Source of the DNA: Octopus sinensis
Lineage: Eukaryota
Length of the DNA stretch: 47,166 bases
Assembly: GCF_006345805.1 (NCBI RefSeq)
Contig: NW_021824664.1
Location: forward strand, 1 to 47,166
Reading direction: 5' to 3'
The stretch's first letter is position 1. Each line of letters starts with the position of its first letter. The position numbers and the translations under genes are program-made. Positions 35,208-47,166 of the stretch are shown piece after piece. The notes under the pieces were generated by a model that had not been told where the DNA came from, did not search any database, and worked only from the letters and a program-made list of their open reading frames with translations.

Positions 35208-36469
35208 TATTTTACTTAAATAGCTCTTATTAGCAATCCAATAATTTCAGAAGTCCCGTATTGTAATTTAGCTATTTGTGGGGCTAGAACAAAATCTTAT
35301 TTCTTTTTAAGTGCTCACAATATTACTGAGTCCATGTCATTTGTTTTCGCTGAATTATGTTATGGAAAAGCCAAGTGTTTGGTTTGTTTGATATTTTTTT
35401 AACTAGATTGATAAAGCATCTTCGAGTTTTCTTTCCTTGTCAACAAAACGAAAATATTAAAGAAACAAGCGAAAGATTGTACGTACAGTTAACTATACTA
35501 ACGTAACGAAATTCAGAAAGCACAAATTCTATTTACCTTTAACACTTGTATTCCTCGATCATTTTTGATACGTTTAAATTCTACAGATAATATAAATCCG
35601 TTTATATGACCAAGTATCTATATTATTATAGGTAAATCACATAAGAAAGTCAGTATTATTAATGTTACACATGTTTGTTTTTCTTTTTATATATATGGTA
35701 TACATATATAAAAGACATTTGAACTTATTTCATACCGGCTTTGTAGCGTCTGCGTAGTAATATGTAATGTAGACATCAACCTCACACCACAACCAGAATT
35801 AACCAATATAACACCGAAGAGGTAACAGTTCTGTTCTGTAACAGTGATTACTGTTCCTCTTTTTAAAACTACATTCTGACTGTTTATTCTTTATATATAC
35901 GTATTATATATTTATTTACACACACATATAGATATATATTATCCGAATAAACATTTTATAAGCGAAATTTAATGAGTGCGGCAAATTCCTAACGTGTTAT
36001 TGCGAGCCTTACATGCAAATACTAATCAAATGTAAAGAAGAAAAAAAAAAGATTTGTGACTATTTATATTATATTGCTGCTGATGGTTCTGAGAACGGTG
36101 AAGCTAAAATGGTGCTGGTGTTCTATTTCTTGTGTTTCTAGCTTTTAAAAAGAGAGATATTATCAAGCCTTCATGCCGTTACTATTAATGGCGTTTCTGA
36201 AGAAAATGAAATGAATTTTTCTGTTTTTACTGTAAGAAGTTATTTAGTAAGTATAAAATGATAGAAGACTAGAATACTATTATTTCATATTTTTTCATAA
36301 TTTTTTTTTGCTTAATCTTTCTCTCTATTTTTTGTTTGTTTTTGTTTTATTTGTTTCAGTCATTTGACTGCAGCCATACTGGGACTTCGCTTTGAATGGT
36401 TTAGTCGAACATACCGTCACTGGTACTTTTTCCTTTTTAAAATCTAGTACTTATTCTGTAGGTCTGTTC

Positions 36470-36597
36470 GGCAGAGGTAAAGAATACGCACACCACCCGT
36501 TTTCGGCGTAACCCTACCCGTAACTCTAACCCTAAACGTAACCTTAACCCCAACCTGAACCCAAAAAGGGGTGGTGTGCATATTCTTTACCTCCGCC
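36470..36597. mobile_element. MITE with about 29-bp TIR and telomere-like (taaccc) interior
   Basis: ggcagaggtaaagaatacgcacaccaccc ... gggtggtgtgcatattctttacctccgcc; interior ctaaccctaaac...ttaacccc. Confidence 0.75.
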
Positions 36598-36812
36598 AGA
36601 CTTCAGAATGAATTAGGTAGACGGAAACTGAAAGAAGCCCGTCGTAAATAGATAGATAGATCGACAGACAGATAGATAGTCAGACAGACAGACAGACAGA
36701 TAGATAGATAAATAGATTTTTGCGTGTGTGTGTCATTGAGTTTCCAACCGACTGGAAAATCGGTGTTGGTTTGTTTACGTTCCCGTAACCTAGTGGTTCG
36801 GCAGAAGAGATC

Positions 36813-36960
36813 AGCGAAGGTAAAATTTACGCACACCACCCGTTTTCGGCATTTAGTGCTAGGGTTAAGATTAGGTTTAGGGATAGGGTTGGAGTTATGT
36901 TTACGTTTAGGATTAGAGTTAAGCCGAAAATGGGTGGTGTGCGCATTCTTTACCTCCGCT
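36813..36960. mobile_element. Second copy of the same MITE, opposite orientation
   Basis: gcgaaggtaaaatttacgcacaccacccgttttcggc ... gccgaaaatgggtggtgtgcgcattctttacctccgc; interior tagggtta/ttaggtttaggg. Confidence 0.75.
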
Positions 36961-37129
36961 TAAATTTTAACCTTAATATCCGGAGTCGTTGCAATAGACA
37001 GAAATGACCACAGCAATAGGAACTGGTGCCCCATATGTTTTAGGATCAAATCAAACCGAGGACCACTTTAATATTCGAATTTCCCCGATGAAATCATTTG
37101 AAATCTAATTTCACATGTCCTTAAACATT

Positions 37130-37530
37130 CATCATCATCATTGTTCGACCGTGGTTGAGACAATGGAATTTACTATGTTACGCCAGACTTCACGGTCCAT
37201 CATAGCATTACGGAGGTCCTGTTGCTGGATGCCTGTATCCCTGGAGATTACATCAGGGTAGGAGAGTGTGCGCCCTCTGGTATCACGAGCAGATGGCTTC
37301 CAGAGAAGAAGAGTAGAAATTACCTCGTTTTCAGCTCTACAACAATGTCCAGCAAACTGGACTCTTCTACCTTTCACAAGAGATGACTCAGGTGGTAGTT
37401 TCCCATATATTTGTACTCTAGTTGGAAGACGCTTCCACGAGATTTTGAGCTCTCATAAGGAGGCGAGTGGAAGTTCCATCCAACCGCCTCTCAAGCTTCT
37501 TTGATAACGTCCAATTAAGCTTGGAATTAG
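37130..37530 (-). mobile_element. RTE-clade LINE 3' fragment
   Basis: LLMRAQNL..W..IYGKLP..VKGRRVQFAGHCCRAENEVISTLLLWKP...DTG...MMDREVWR, then a (TGA)n tail. Confidence 0.85.
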
Positions 37531-37650
37531 CGTTACTGTTAGTGTCATGATGAATGTTCATTTTAGTGGCTGGTGTTAAGATTAATGCAAGAGTAACGAA
37601 TTGCGGTTAGCTTTGCGGGTCCTGGTTTACTATTGCTATTAACAATACGC

Positions 37651-37810
37651 AAGGCGGCGAGCTGGCAGAAACGTTAGCACGCCGGGCGAAATGCTTAGCG
37701 GTATTTCGTCCGCCTCTCCATTCTGAGTTCAAATTCCGCCGAGGTCGACTTTGCCTCGAGCGAGGAAGTAATTCAATTACAGTGACCCCAGTATTCAACT
37801 GGTACTTATT
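37651..37810 (+). mobile_element. SINE family B, partial
   Basis: aaggcggcgagctggcagaaacgttagcacgccgggcg...gagttcaaattccgccgagg. Confidence 0.85.
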
Positions 37811-38010
37811 TCGTCGCTGGAATTCCATTGATTAATGTACACACAAACATAGATACATAGATAACACTTAATTGGAAGCGGATGCGTGGTGTTCAATCAT
37901 ACAATATATATATATATATATGTATATTATATATATATAATATATATAATATATATATATATTTTATATATATATATATATATATATTAATACATACATA
38001 TTATATATAT

Positions 38011-38044
<34 letters not shown>

Positions 38045-38636
38045 TACATATAACATATATATATTATATATACATATAGGTAAACGTTTTAAAAAAACAC
38101 AAACTGGGACAAGCACGTGAAGCATTTTGAAGACGGCAAAAAAAACACACAGACGGGACTTTCGAAGCTCTCAGTCATCAGTCAAGAACCAGATCATCTT
38201 CGCAATTTCGGCTGATTAATCTTGAGATTGCTCCAATCTGGGCAGCCCGCCAAGGGAAATCTAAGCCAATCGCATTAGATTCCTTGGAAGAAAACCTCGA
38301 AAGTATACAACACGGTGACGGAAAAACGGACGATGTTACTCGAAAAAAAAAAAAATCAAAAATACGTAAAAACAATAAAGATAGCACGGATAAAAATACA
38401 AAATAACGTAAAAACAATCATAACAAAACCAGGACGTCAGGACAAGCGTCTTTCGACAGGACGAGTTGAGTATAGGGCTGGCTGTGGTAAAAATGCCTGA
38501 AGGCTAACGGAGCACAAACACATACGTGTGGTCAAGCCAACTACTTGATGCGAAAGGCAGTAGTAGCTAGCTGGTCACGTGAGCACAAAAAGGAGGAAGG
38601 GACAGATGAAGAGAGAAGCAGGAGACACACACACCA

Positions 38637-38671
<35 letters not shown>

Positions 38672-38685
38672 CATACATATATCTA

Positions 38686-39677
38686 TATAATTTTAATCCA
38701 AACGGGAAAACAAAAAAAAACAACAACAATGGAACAATTACAGTATTATTATTAATAGGCGCTCAGGAAATGGAAGCAGGGAGGTATGACGTTTCGAGCG
38801 GAGCTCTTCGTCGGAAACATAAAGAAGGAAGAGATAGGGAAGGAAGATCCCAAAGACGGGCACAGGGATAGAGAAAAAAAAAAAAAAGACTGGTGTTTAC
38901 GAGTTACACATGGTGAAAGGGCGCGATGTTTACGATAACAAGAGCAAAGTAGGTTTTTAAAGGCAAAAGAGTGGAGACAAGGTGGTAACGCAACAGATGT
39001 GTGTGTATGTGTGAGTGTGTGCGTGTGCGTGTGTGTTATGTGTGTGTGGTGAAGCGAGTAAAAAACAAAAAATATATGTAGGTGTTAGTGTGTGTGTCTG
39101 TGTGTAGGCGTGGAGGTAGGGCGAGACAATGGTCGGCATAGCAGACAGGGTCCAGTAGTAAGAAAAAGAAGGAAGGAGGAAGGGAGGGAGGGGAAGGGGT
39201 GGGGGCCTATGTAGCGTGCCAGCGTGTGTTGAGTAGTAGTGTGTGTGTGTGTCCAGTGTCGTGTAGTATTAATGGCGAGTAGATTGAATGTGTGTAAGAG
39301 TAATGTATATATTTAAGCAATGTGTGTATATGTGTGCGCGTGTGTGTAACAAAAAGGGGGGGGTTAAGGAAAAAGACTCCCAGCTGAGGGGAAGATGGAA
39401 GAGTGGTCCCGCGGAGACGGGCGTGGGAAAAACCCAACGACAAGCGACGGTCCCAGGAACGAGCGGGAGGTCTCGTCGGGTCCAAGAGCGAGGTGCATTG
39501 CGGCGCGTATGCGTGCTGCGCGAACCGGCGCAAGCGCGAGTGTGCGCGCGCCTGCGAGTATGCGCGCGTAAGTATGTATGTGTGTGAATGTGTGAGTGTG
39601 TCTGTGTGTATGTCTGGGTGGCAGTGTGTCCGATGAATGTATGTGAGTATGTGTGTATATATGTGTGTGCATAGATG
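38686..39677 (-). repeat. 3' pseudo-LTR of the PLE
   Basis: Colinear with 45198-46162 from tataattttaatccaaacggg to gtgtgcatagatg. Confidence 0.9.
38780..38822 (-). ncRNA. HHR-like motif in pLTR (CCGACGA A GAGC-UCC-GCUC GAAAC GUC)
   Basis: Core order and helix II conserved; U4C variant; loopless helix III; helix I weak. Confidence 0.5.
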
Positions 39678-39684
39678 TATGTCC

Positions 39685-39717
<33 letters not shown>

Positions 39718-42129
39718 AGTGTGTATGTATGTACGTGTGGGTGTGGGGAAGTGTGTGTATGTGCATGTGTGTGCGCGTACATACAGGTGTGTGAGTGAGT
39801 GTGTGTGTGTGTATGTATGCCTGCGAGTATGCGCGTAAGTATGTATGTGTGTGGATGTGTGAGTGTGTCTGTGTGTATGTCTGGGTGGCAGTGTGCCGAT
39901 GAATGTATGTGAGTATGTGTGTATATATTGTGTGCATAGATGTATGTCCGGTGTGTGTGTGTGTGTAGTGTATGAGTGTGGATGTATGTTACGTGTGGGT
40001 GTGGGGAAGTGTGTGTATGTGCATGTGTGTGCGCGTACATACAGGGTGTGAGTGAGGGTGTGGTGTGTATGTATGTGTGAGTGTGTATGTATGTGTGTGT
40101 AGGATGCATGTATGTGTATGGGTGTAGTATGCGTGTGTGTATGTATGTAGTGTACGTGCGTGTGTGTGTGTGTATGCGTGTAGGGTGCGCGTGTGCATGT
40201 ATGCATGCATGTGCGTAGTGTGTGTGTGTGCATGTGTGTGGGTATATATGTATGTGCGTATATGGTGTGTATGTGCGTACATGTGTGTGTGTATGCATGT
40301 GTGTGTATGTAGGTGTGTGTAGGCGTGTGTGTATAGGTGTATGTATGTAAGTAGTATGGGTGTGTCCGTGTATGTGTGTGTATGTATGTGTGTGTATGTA
40401 GGTGTGTGGGGCGTGTGGATGTGTGGTTGTAGGGGTGTGGGCGGTGTATATAGGTGTATGTATGTATGTCTGGTGTGTCCGTGCATTTGTTTTGTGTGGT
40501 GTGTATGCAGTGTATGTAGGTGTGTGTGTACGTGTGTAATGTATGTGTATACGTGTGTGTGCGTGTGTATGCGTTGCGTGTGTGTATGTAGGTGCGTGTG
40601 TATGTGTGTGGGAGTGTAGGGTGTGTGGTGCGGGTGCGTGTTTATGTTGGTGTGTGCGTATGTGAGTGTGAGTGTATGGTGTTTGTCATGCTTGTGTGTG
40701 CGCGTGCAGGTGAGTGTGTGTGTAAGTATGTGTGTTGTGTATGTTGTGTGAGTGTGTATGTGGTATGTCTGTGTGTATGTATGTGCGTATAGTATGTAGG
40801 TATGTGTGTGTGTGTATGTGTAGGGTGTATGTATGTATGTGGTGTGGTGTGCATGTGTATAAGATATGTGTGTGTGCGTAGGGTGTGTATGTGTATGTGT
40901 GTGTGTTTATGTATGTGTATGTATGTGTGTAGGCGTGTGTGTGTAGATGTATGTATGTATGGGTGTGTGTCTGTGTGTGTTTGTGTATGGTGTAGGCGGT
41001 GTGTGTAGATGTAGGTATGTATGGTGTGTGTCTGTGTGTGTGTGTGGGTGCGTATGTGTGTGTATGTGTATGTGTGTGTGTTTTATGTAGTGTGTATGTA
41101 TGTGTGTAGGCGTGTGTGTGTAGATGTATGTATGTATGGGTGTGTGTCTGTGTGTGTTTATGTATGTGTGTATGTATGTGTGTAGGCGTGTGTGTGTAGA
41201 TGTATGTATGTATGGGTGTGTGTCTGTGTGTGTTTGTGTTTGTGTGTGTGTGTGTCTGAGTGAGGGTATGGCTGTGTAGGTGTGTGTGTGTATGAATGTA
41301 AGTGTGTGTGTATACAAGTGTAATGTATGTATGTAGGTGTGTGTGTGTGTGTGTATGTGTGCGTGTGGGTGTGTATGTGTGTGTGTGTATGCGTGTGAGT
41401 GTGAGTGTATGGGTGTATGTCTGTGTGTGTATGTATGTATGTGTGTGTGTGTGCGGGTATGTGTGTGTGTGTGTATGTGTGTGTGTGAGTAGGTGTGCGT
41501 GTATGTATGTGGGTAGGGATGCATGCGAGTGTGTGGGTATGTATGCATACATACGCACGCGCACATCCGAAGCAAGCCCACACACACGAAGCGCGCTCAC
41601 GCACACAACGCACAAGCAGTACAACGCAAGCCCAAGGGGCCGACAAGCCCCAGCGCGCGCCAAGGCGCGCGAGCGCAAAGGCCCTCGAACGCCCCGCTAC
41701 GCGGGAACCGAGGACCCATCAGCCAAAACCGGAAGCAGAAAGAAAAGAGGGGGGGCTGCCTGGATGCAAAAAGGTGTATGTGGTGTGCATTCAGTGTAAG
41801 GGTGTGCATGTGTGGGTATGTATGTATGTGTGTGCCTACATGTATGTGTGCATGTGTGTGTGTGTGAAGTATGTACGTGCGGTGTGTGTGTGTGTGGTGG
41901 TGTGATGTATGTGGCGTATGTATGTGTGTATGTATGTATGTGTGTGTGTATGTGCATGTGGGTTGTATGTTAGTGTGTGCATGTATGTCTATAAGTGTGT
42001 GTGATTAAATGTGTGAATGTATGTATGTAGATGGGTCTACGTATGTGTGTGTGTGACCAGGCGTGTGGGAGGTAGGTGGGTGGATGTGTGGGTGGTGCAT
42101 CCGGGAAAAGAAAAAAAAAAAAAAAAAAA

Positions 42130-45064
42130 CGGATCTCAAGAGGAGGGGGCTGGTGTTAAGTCCGTGTGGGGGTTAGTTGTTAGGGTGAAGATGTAGCGTT
42201 GCTCCAAGTGGAGCCTGGAAAGTGGGCGACCATTGTGGGGGGCGAGACCAAACACTGAGATGTCATCTAGGGAATGGCCGGCCGAGCGGAAGTGGCGTGC
42301 GACGGGGAGAAAAAGAGAGTAGGCGAACGTCCCTCAAGTGTTCAGTGAAACGGTCGGACAACCGGCGTCCTCCGTCTGTCCTACATAAGCACCCGCATAG
42401 GTTGCATTTAATGCAGTAAATAAGGCCAGACGAGGTGCACGTAAAGAGTGCCTAATGCGTACAGTATGCAGGTTGGAGCCGGTGACAGCGGTGGTGTTGG
42501 TGATGAAGGGGCAAGTGTTGCAGCGGGATCTAGAGCAAGGAATGATCCGTGTGGGGGCTGAGGGGAAGGAGAGAGGGTGCTGTGGACCAGGAGGTCACGC
42601 AGATTGCGGCTCGTTTGAAAGAGGACAGGGGTGGGTTAGGAAAATGGGGCGGGTGGTGGGATCAAGCTGGAGGCGACGGAAGGCACGTAGTATCTTGCGA
42701 CGAAGGGGTATGGTAGAGGGGTGGAAAAGGAGGGGGAAGGGGGTGCGGTGGGGGGTGGGGGGGGGAAGGAGACAGGGCGGTAGTGCGGTCGATGCGACGG
42801 GCGCGGGTGAGGGCATCAGAGAGGAGTATGGGTGGGTAACCTCGGAGTCTGAACATGCGGGCCAGGTATTGAGATTGGGTCTCGAAATCCTGGTCGCGGC
42901 TGCACAAACGTCGGAGGCGGAGGAACTGGGAGTAGGGGATGGCTCGTTTGGTGTGGAAGGGGTGGGAGGAAGAGAAGTTGAGATAGAGGTGGGAATCCGT
43001 AGGTTTAAAAAAGGCGGTGGTAGTGAGAGAGTTGGAGGGGTGATCGATGCGAGAGAGATTGTCAAGGAAGTTGACAGAGGTGTTGGAGATGGTGGAGGTG
43101 AATTGAAGAGGGGGTGAAAGTTGGAAAGGAAGAGTGAATTGGCAGAGAAGGTCAGAAGTTCACGGGAAAGGGAGGTGGCACCTAAGCAGTCGTCGATATA
43201 GCGACCGTATAGTTCGGGGGTCGGCCAGAGAACTGGGAGGAGAACACTTGGGCCTCAATGTAGCCAAGAAAGAGATTGGCGAAATTGGGGCCCATCCTAG
43301 TTCCCATCGCGACCCCGGACCCCTGTTGGTACGTTTCCCCGGCGAACGTGAAGCAATTGAGGGTGAGGACGAGCTCAGTCAAACGGAGAAGGGTGGGGGT
43401 GCTGGGGGTGGGGTCGGGACGACGGTCGAGGAAGTGTTGGAGGGCTAGGAGACCGTCATTGTGGGGAATCACTGTGTACAGGGATTTTACATCTAAAGTG
43501 AAGAGGAGGTGTGAGGGGCTGGAAGGGAAGGAAAAGGAATTGAAGAGACGGAGGGCGTGGTTGGTGTCGTGTATGTGGGATGGGAGGTATGCGACTAAGG
43601 GGGACAGGATGCGGTCGAGGTATAGGGAGATGAGTTCAGTGGGGCAATTACAGGCAGAGACTATGGGACGGCCAGGAATAGAGGGTTTATGGATCTTGGG
43701 AAGGAAGTAGATGGTGGAGGTGCGGGGTGTGCGGACGATGAGGTTGGTGGCGGTGAGGGGGAGAGCGGAGGAGGAGATGAGGTCGTGGATGGTGGAGGAC
43801 ACTCGCGGTTGGTAGGAGGAGGAGGTGGGATCGGAGGGGGGAGGAGGCGATAGAAGAGGGGATTTTGAAGCTGGTTGAGCGCTTCCTCCCTGTATAGGTC
43901 CGCGCGCCACACTACCACTGCCCCGCCTTTGTCGGCCGGTTTGATGACAATGTCATCACGACGGCGGAGGTGGCGAAGGGCAATGGATTCGGCCGAGTGA
44001 GGTTGGCTCGGCGGGGTCTTGGTTCAAAGTTGAAACGGTGGACCAAAGCGTTGCAGTCATGTACAAACGAATCTAGGCTACTGAAAAGGCCTGGGGCGGC
44101 GTCCAGATGGATGGACGACGCCCCAGCTCAAAAGGCAATCCTGATTGTTGTGACGCTGCGGGGACGCGTGGTAGTATGCGCAAAGTTTGAGGCGGCGCAG
44201 GAACAGGTTGACGTCCGCCCGAGTCTCGAACTCATCACAGTGGCGCGTGAGTGGCGTGAAGCGGAGACCCTTACTGAGGAGGGAGCGCTCAGCGGCGGAG
44301 AGGGGGAGGTTGGGGGTATAGTGACAACAGCGCGAGGAAGCGGGGTGGTGGGAGGACTAGGGGCAGGCGGAGGGGGTGCAGGGGTGTGAAGGGGAGGGGA
44401 GGATGGGGAAGAGGGTGAGGGGTTGAGGAGGAGGTGGAGTTTTTTGTTTTTTGTGTGTGTGAGGTAGTTGTAGAGTTGGTGGTTGAGATTAAGAATGAAG
44501 CGGAGGATAGGTTGGGTGAAGAGTGGAGGGCAGAGGGCGGAGAGAGGAGGTAGGCCGGGGAAGTTGATGGTCGAGGGAGTCAAGGAGGGGGCGGGTGGAG
44601 CGGATGGTGGCGCGGAGGAGGGAGCGGGAGGTACGAGCGAGGGTGGGTTCGATGAAGGGGGAGGAATAGGGGTAGCGTGGAAACTTCAAGAGGAAACCGC
44701 GGGGTGTGACATGATGGCGGAGGCACCGGCTAAGAAATGAAAGATGGCTAGAATGGCGGGTTTTCTTAAAAAGCAAGCGGGAAAGTTTTATAGTAGGTGC
44801 GGAACATGGTGGGGGGAAGAACGCGAGGTAGCGGCTGAGGAGGGATTGAAGGTGTTGGACGAACGAGTGCAAGTCAGGCATGATGAGAAGTGGTGGCAAA
44901 CAGGTAAAGGTGGGGTGGTGGCGAAACAGGAAAAAGGAGAGACAACAGGAAAGCAACAAAGAAGAAAAAAGGGTGAAGACGGTTTGAAACAATAGAAAAA
45001 GTTGAAAAAAGTCAGGAAAGAGATTTGAGAGTAACGGACAGATTAGGTAATGATTTTCAATCAC
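42130..45064 (-). pseudogene. PLE polyprotein (N-terminal domain, RT, GIY-YIG endonuclease), frameshifted as assembled
   Basis: HLSFLSRCLRHHVTPRGFLLKF; DIVIKPADKGGAVVVW; YFLPKIHKP..PGRPIVS; LDVKSLYT; GVAMGTRMGPNFANLF; RYIDD (about 43190-43204); PCSRSRCNTC; FTCTSSGLIYCIKC..C...YVGQT; PHGLN. Confidence 0.9.
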
Positions 45065-45197
45065 GATAATGGCGGTACTCCGGAAGAAGGGTGCGGGTTG
45101 ATCCGTAGGTCAGGAAGAATGGTAACAATAATCCGTAGGTGCAAAAATCCGGGAATTGGTATCCAAGGTACAAGGGGTCCGTGTAGGCGCGCAGTGG

Positions 45198-46162
45198 TAT
45201 AATTTTAATCCAAACGGGAAAACAAAAAAAAACAAAAAATGGAACAATTACAGTTATTATTAATAGGCGTCAGGAAAATGGAAGCAGGAGGTATGACGTT
45301 TCGAACGGAGCTCTTCGCGGAAACATAAAGAAGGAAGAGAGAGGAAAGAAAGATCCCAAAGGGGCAACAGGGATAGAGAAAAAAAACGACTGTGTTTACG
45401 AGTTACACATGGTGAAAGGCGGATGTTTACGATAACAAGAGCAAAGTAGGTTTTTAAGGCAAAAGAGTGGAGACAAGGTTGGTAACGCAACAGATGTGTG
45501 TGTATGTGTGAGTGTGTGCGGTGCGTGGTGTGTGTATGTGTGGTGTGAGGCGAGATAAAAACAAAAAATATATGTATGTGTTAGTGTGGTCTGTGTTGTA
45601 GGCGTGTGAGGTAGGGTAGGGCGAGACAGTGGTCGGCATAGCAGACAAGGGTCAGTAGTAAGAAAAGAAGAAGGAAGAGAGGGAGGGAGGGAAGGGTGGG
45701 GCGTATGTAGCGTGCCAGGTGTGTTGAGTAGTAGTGGTGTGTGTGTTGTCCAGTGTCGTGGTAGTATAATGGCGAGTAGATTGGAATGTGTGTAAGAGTA
45801 AGTATATATTTAAGCAATGTGTGTATATGTGTGCGGTGTGTGTGTAACAAAAAGGGGGGTTAAGGAAAAGGACTCCAGCTGAGGGGAAATGTGAAGAGTG
45901 GTCCCGCGGAGACGGGCGTGGGAAAACCCAACGACAAGCGACGGTCCCAGGAACGAGCGGGAGGTCTCGTTGGTCCAAGAGCGAGGTGCATGCGGCGCGT
46001 ATGGTGCGCGAACCGGCGCAAGCGCGTGTGTGTGCGCGCGCCTGCGAGTATGCGCGTAAGTATGTATGGTGTGGATGGTGAGGGTGTCTGTGTGTATTCT
46101 GGGTGGCAGTGTGTCCGATGAATGTATGTGAGTATGTGTGTATATATGTGTGTGCATAGATG
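45198..46162 (-). repeat. 5' pseudo-LTR of the PLE
   Basis: Direct repeat of 38686-39677; differences are mostly 1-nt indels. Confidence 0.9.
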
Positions 46163-46544
46163 ATATATGCATAAGTGGGCACAGGACGTCATGAAACGTG
46201 TACAACAAAAAAGTTCGAAGCACGAGTACAAGGAACATGAACTATTCTTTCGAACAACGAAAGACACACATGGACAACAAGACAAACAACATATGTTAGA
46301 AACAAAGCCTTGTGGATTAGCAGAATTGTTAGAGCGTCGGACAAAATATCTTGTAATATTTCTTTCGGTCCTTCACGTTCTAAGTTCAAATCACGCCGGT
46401 GAAATCTGTTTAACATCTTTAGATAAATTAAGTACCAGTTGCTCTGACTGGGTCGATCTATCGACTGGCCCCCTCTCCAAAAAATTTCGGGACTTGCACC
46501 TATAGAGTAAAAAAAGAATCCTTAGAGGCAGTGAGCGGGCAGAA

Positions 46545-46910
46545 GTGTGTGGTAAGAAGCTTGCTTCCCCCAGCCACATGTTCCGGGTTCAGTCCCACTG
46601 CGTGGCACCTTGGGTGAATGTCTTCTACTATAACTTGGGCCGACCAAAACCTTTTGAGTAAATTTGGTAGACGGAAACTGGAAGGAGCCGTTGTATATAT
46701 ATGTGTGTGTTGTGTTTATGTTTTGTATGTGTTTGTACCCCCACCGTCGTTGACAACCGATGTTGTGTGTTTACGTCATCGGAAAGGGATGCCGATAGAA
46801 TAGTACTAGGCTACAAAGAATAAGTCCTGGGGTCGATTTGTTCGACTAAAGGCGTGCTGCTCCGCATGGCCGCAGTCAAATGAATGAAACAAGTAAAAGA
46901 ATAAAAGAAA
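46545..46910 (+). mobile_element. SINE family A (with many 1-nt deletions), preceded by a partial family B copy (about 46375-46540)
   Basis: gtgtggtaagaagcttgcttcc...accttgggtgaatgtctt...gcagtcaaatgaatgaaacaagtaaaag. Confidence 0.85.
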
Positions 46911-47166
46911 AAGAAAGTCCAATATCGAGATCGATGTATTCGATTATTCCTTTCTCCTTCTACGTGGACTTGAAATAATATTAAGCTCTATTAGTTTGGG
47001 CTTTGTTTTTTCTTTTTTTTTCTTGCTTCTGTTGTATATGGCTGGGTGGTTGTAATATCGTCGTTGATAGAGTGATTGATAGACTGACAGATAGAAAACA
47101 GGCCGACAGGACGCGGACAGACACACTAACAGGCAGAGAGACAGAGAGAAGTAAACCAAGATCGAA

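Larger units (their letters stand above)
38686..46162 (-). mobile_element. Near full-length Penelope-like element (Neptune-like), about 7.5 kb
   Basis: RT-GIY-YIG ORF pieces between two about 1 kb direct repeats. Confidence 0.9.

Noticed and set aside
38085-38540. CUGAUGA...GAAA on minus near 38155-38185 within a non-microsatellite stretch
   Set aside because: No convincing helix I, II or III; cannot classify the repeat from the sequence alone.
39207-41957. Long His/Thr-rich and Cys/Val-rich ORFs (up to 363 aa)
   Set aside because: Translations of TG/CA low-complexity DNA; the same applies to most short ORFs in the track.
42455-44995. Gly/Arg-rich plus-strand ORFs
   Set aside because: Antisense to the C-rich PLE polyprotein.

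Overview
AT-rich eukaryotic DNA, very dense in microsatellites and transposon debris. The SINE families and repeat density look like an octopus (coleoid cephalopod) genome; this is an inference from remembered repeat families, not a database result. The one clear host gene is an intronless-looking 1129-aa acidic Glu/Pro/Cys repeat protein (31818-35207, minus strand). A few possible exons of a FERM-like gene lie at 225-5440 (minus strand, low confidence). Mobile elements include three tRNA-SINE families, a decayed mariner, MITEs, RLE(R4/Dong)-, RTE- and CR1/L2-type LINE fragments, and a near full-length Penelope-like element (RT + GIY-YIG, about 1 kb direct pLTRs, 38686-46162). The most notable signal is a set of hammerhead-ribozyme (HHR) motifs from several unrelated repeat families. 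Four of these occur as head-to-head inverted duplications (16817-18257, 28590-28995, 29860-30393, 30461-30575), always with the ribozyme sense strand pointing away from the centre. Two copies have complete catalytic cores, and one family joins a tRNA-like Pol III head to an HHR tail. Most short ORFs in the supplied track are microsatellite artefacts. All alignments and folds were done by eye.
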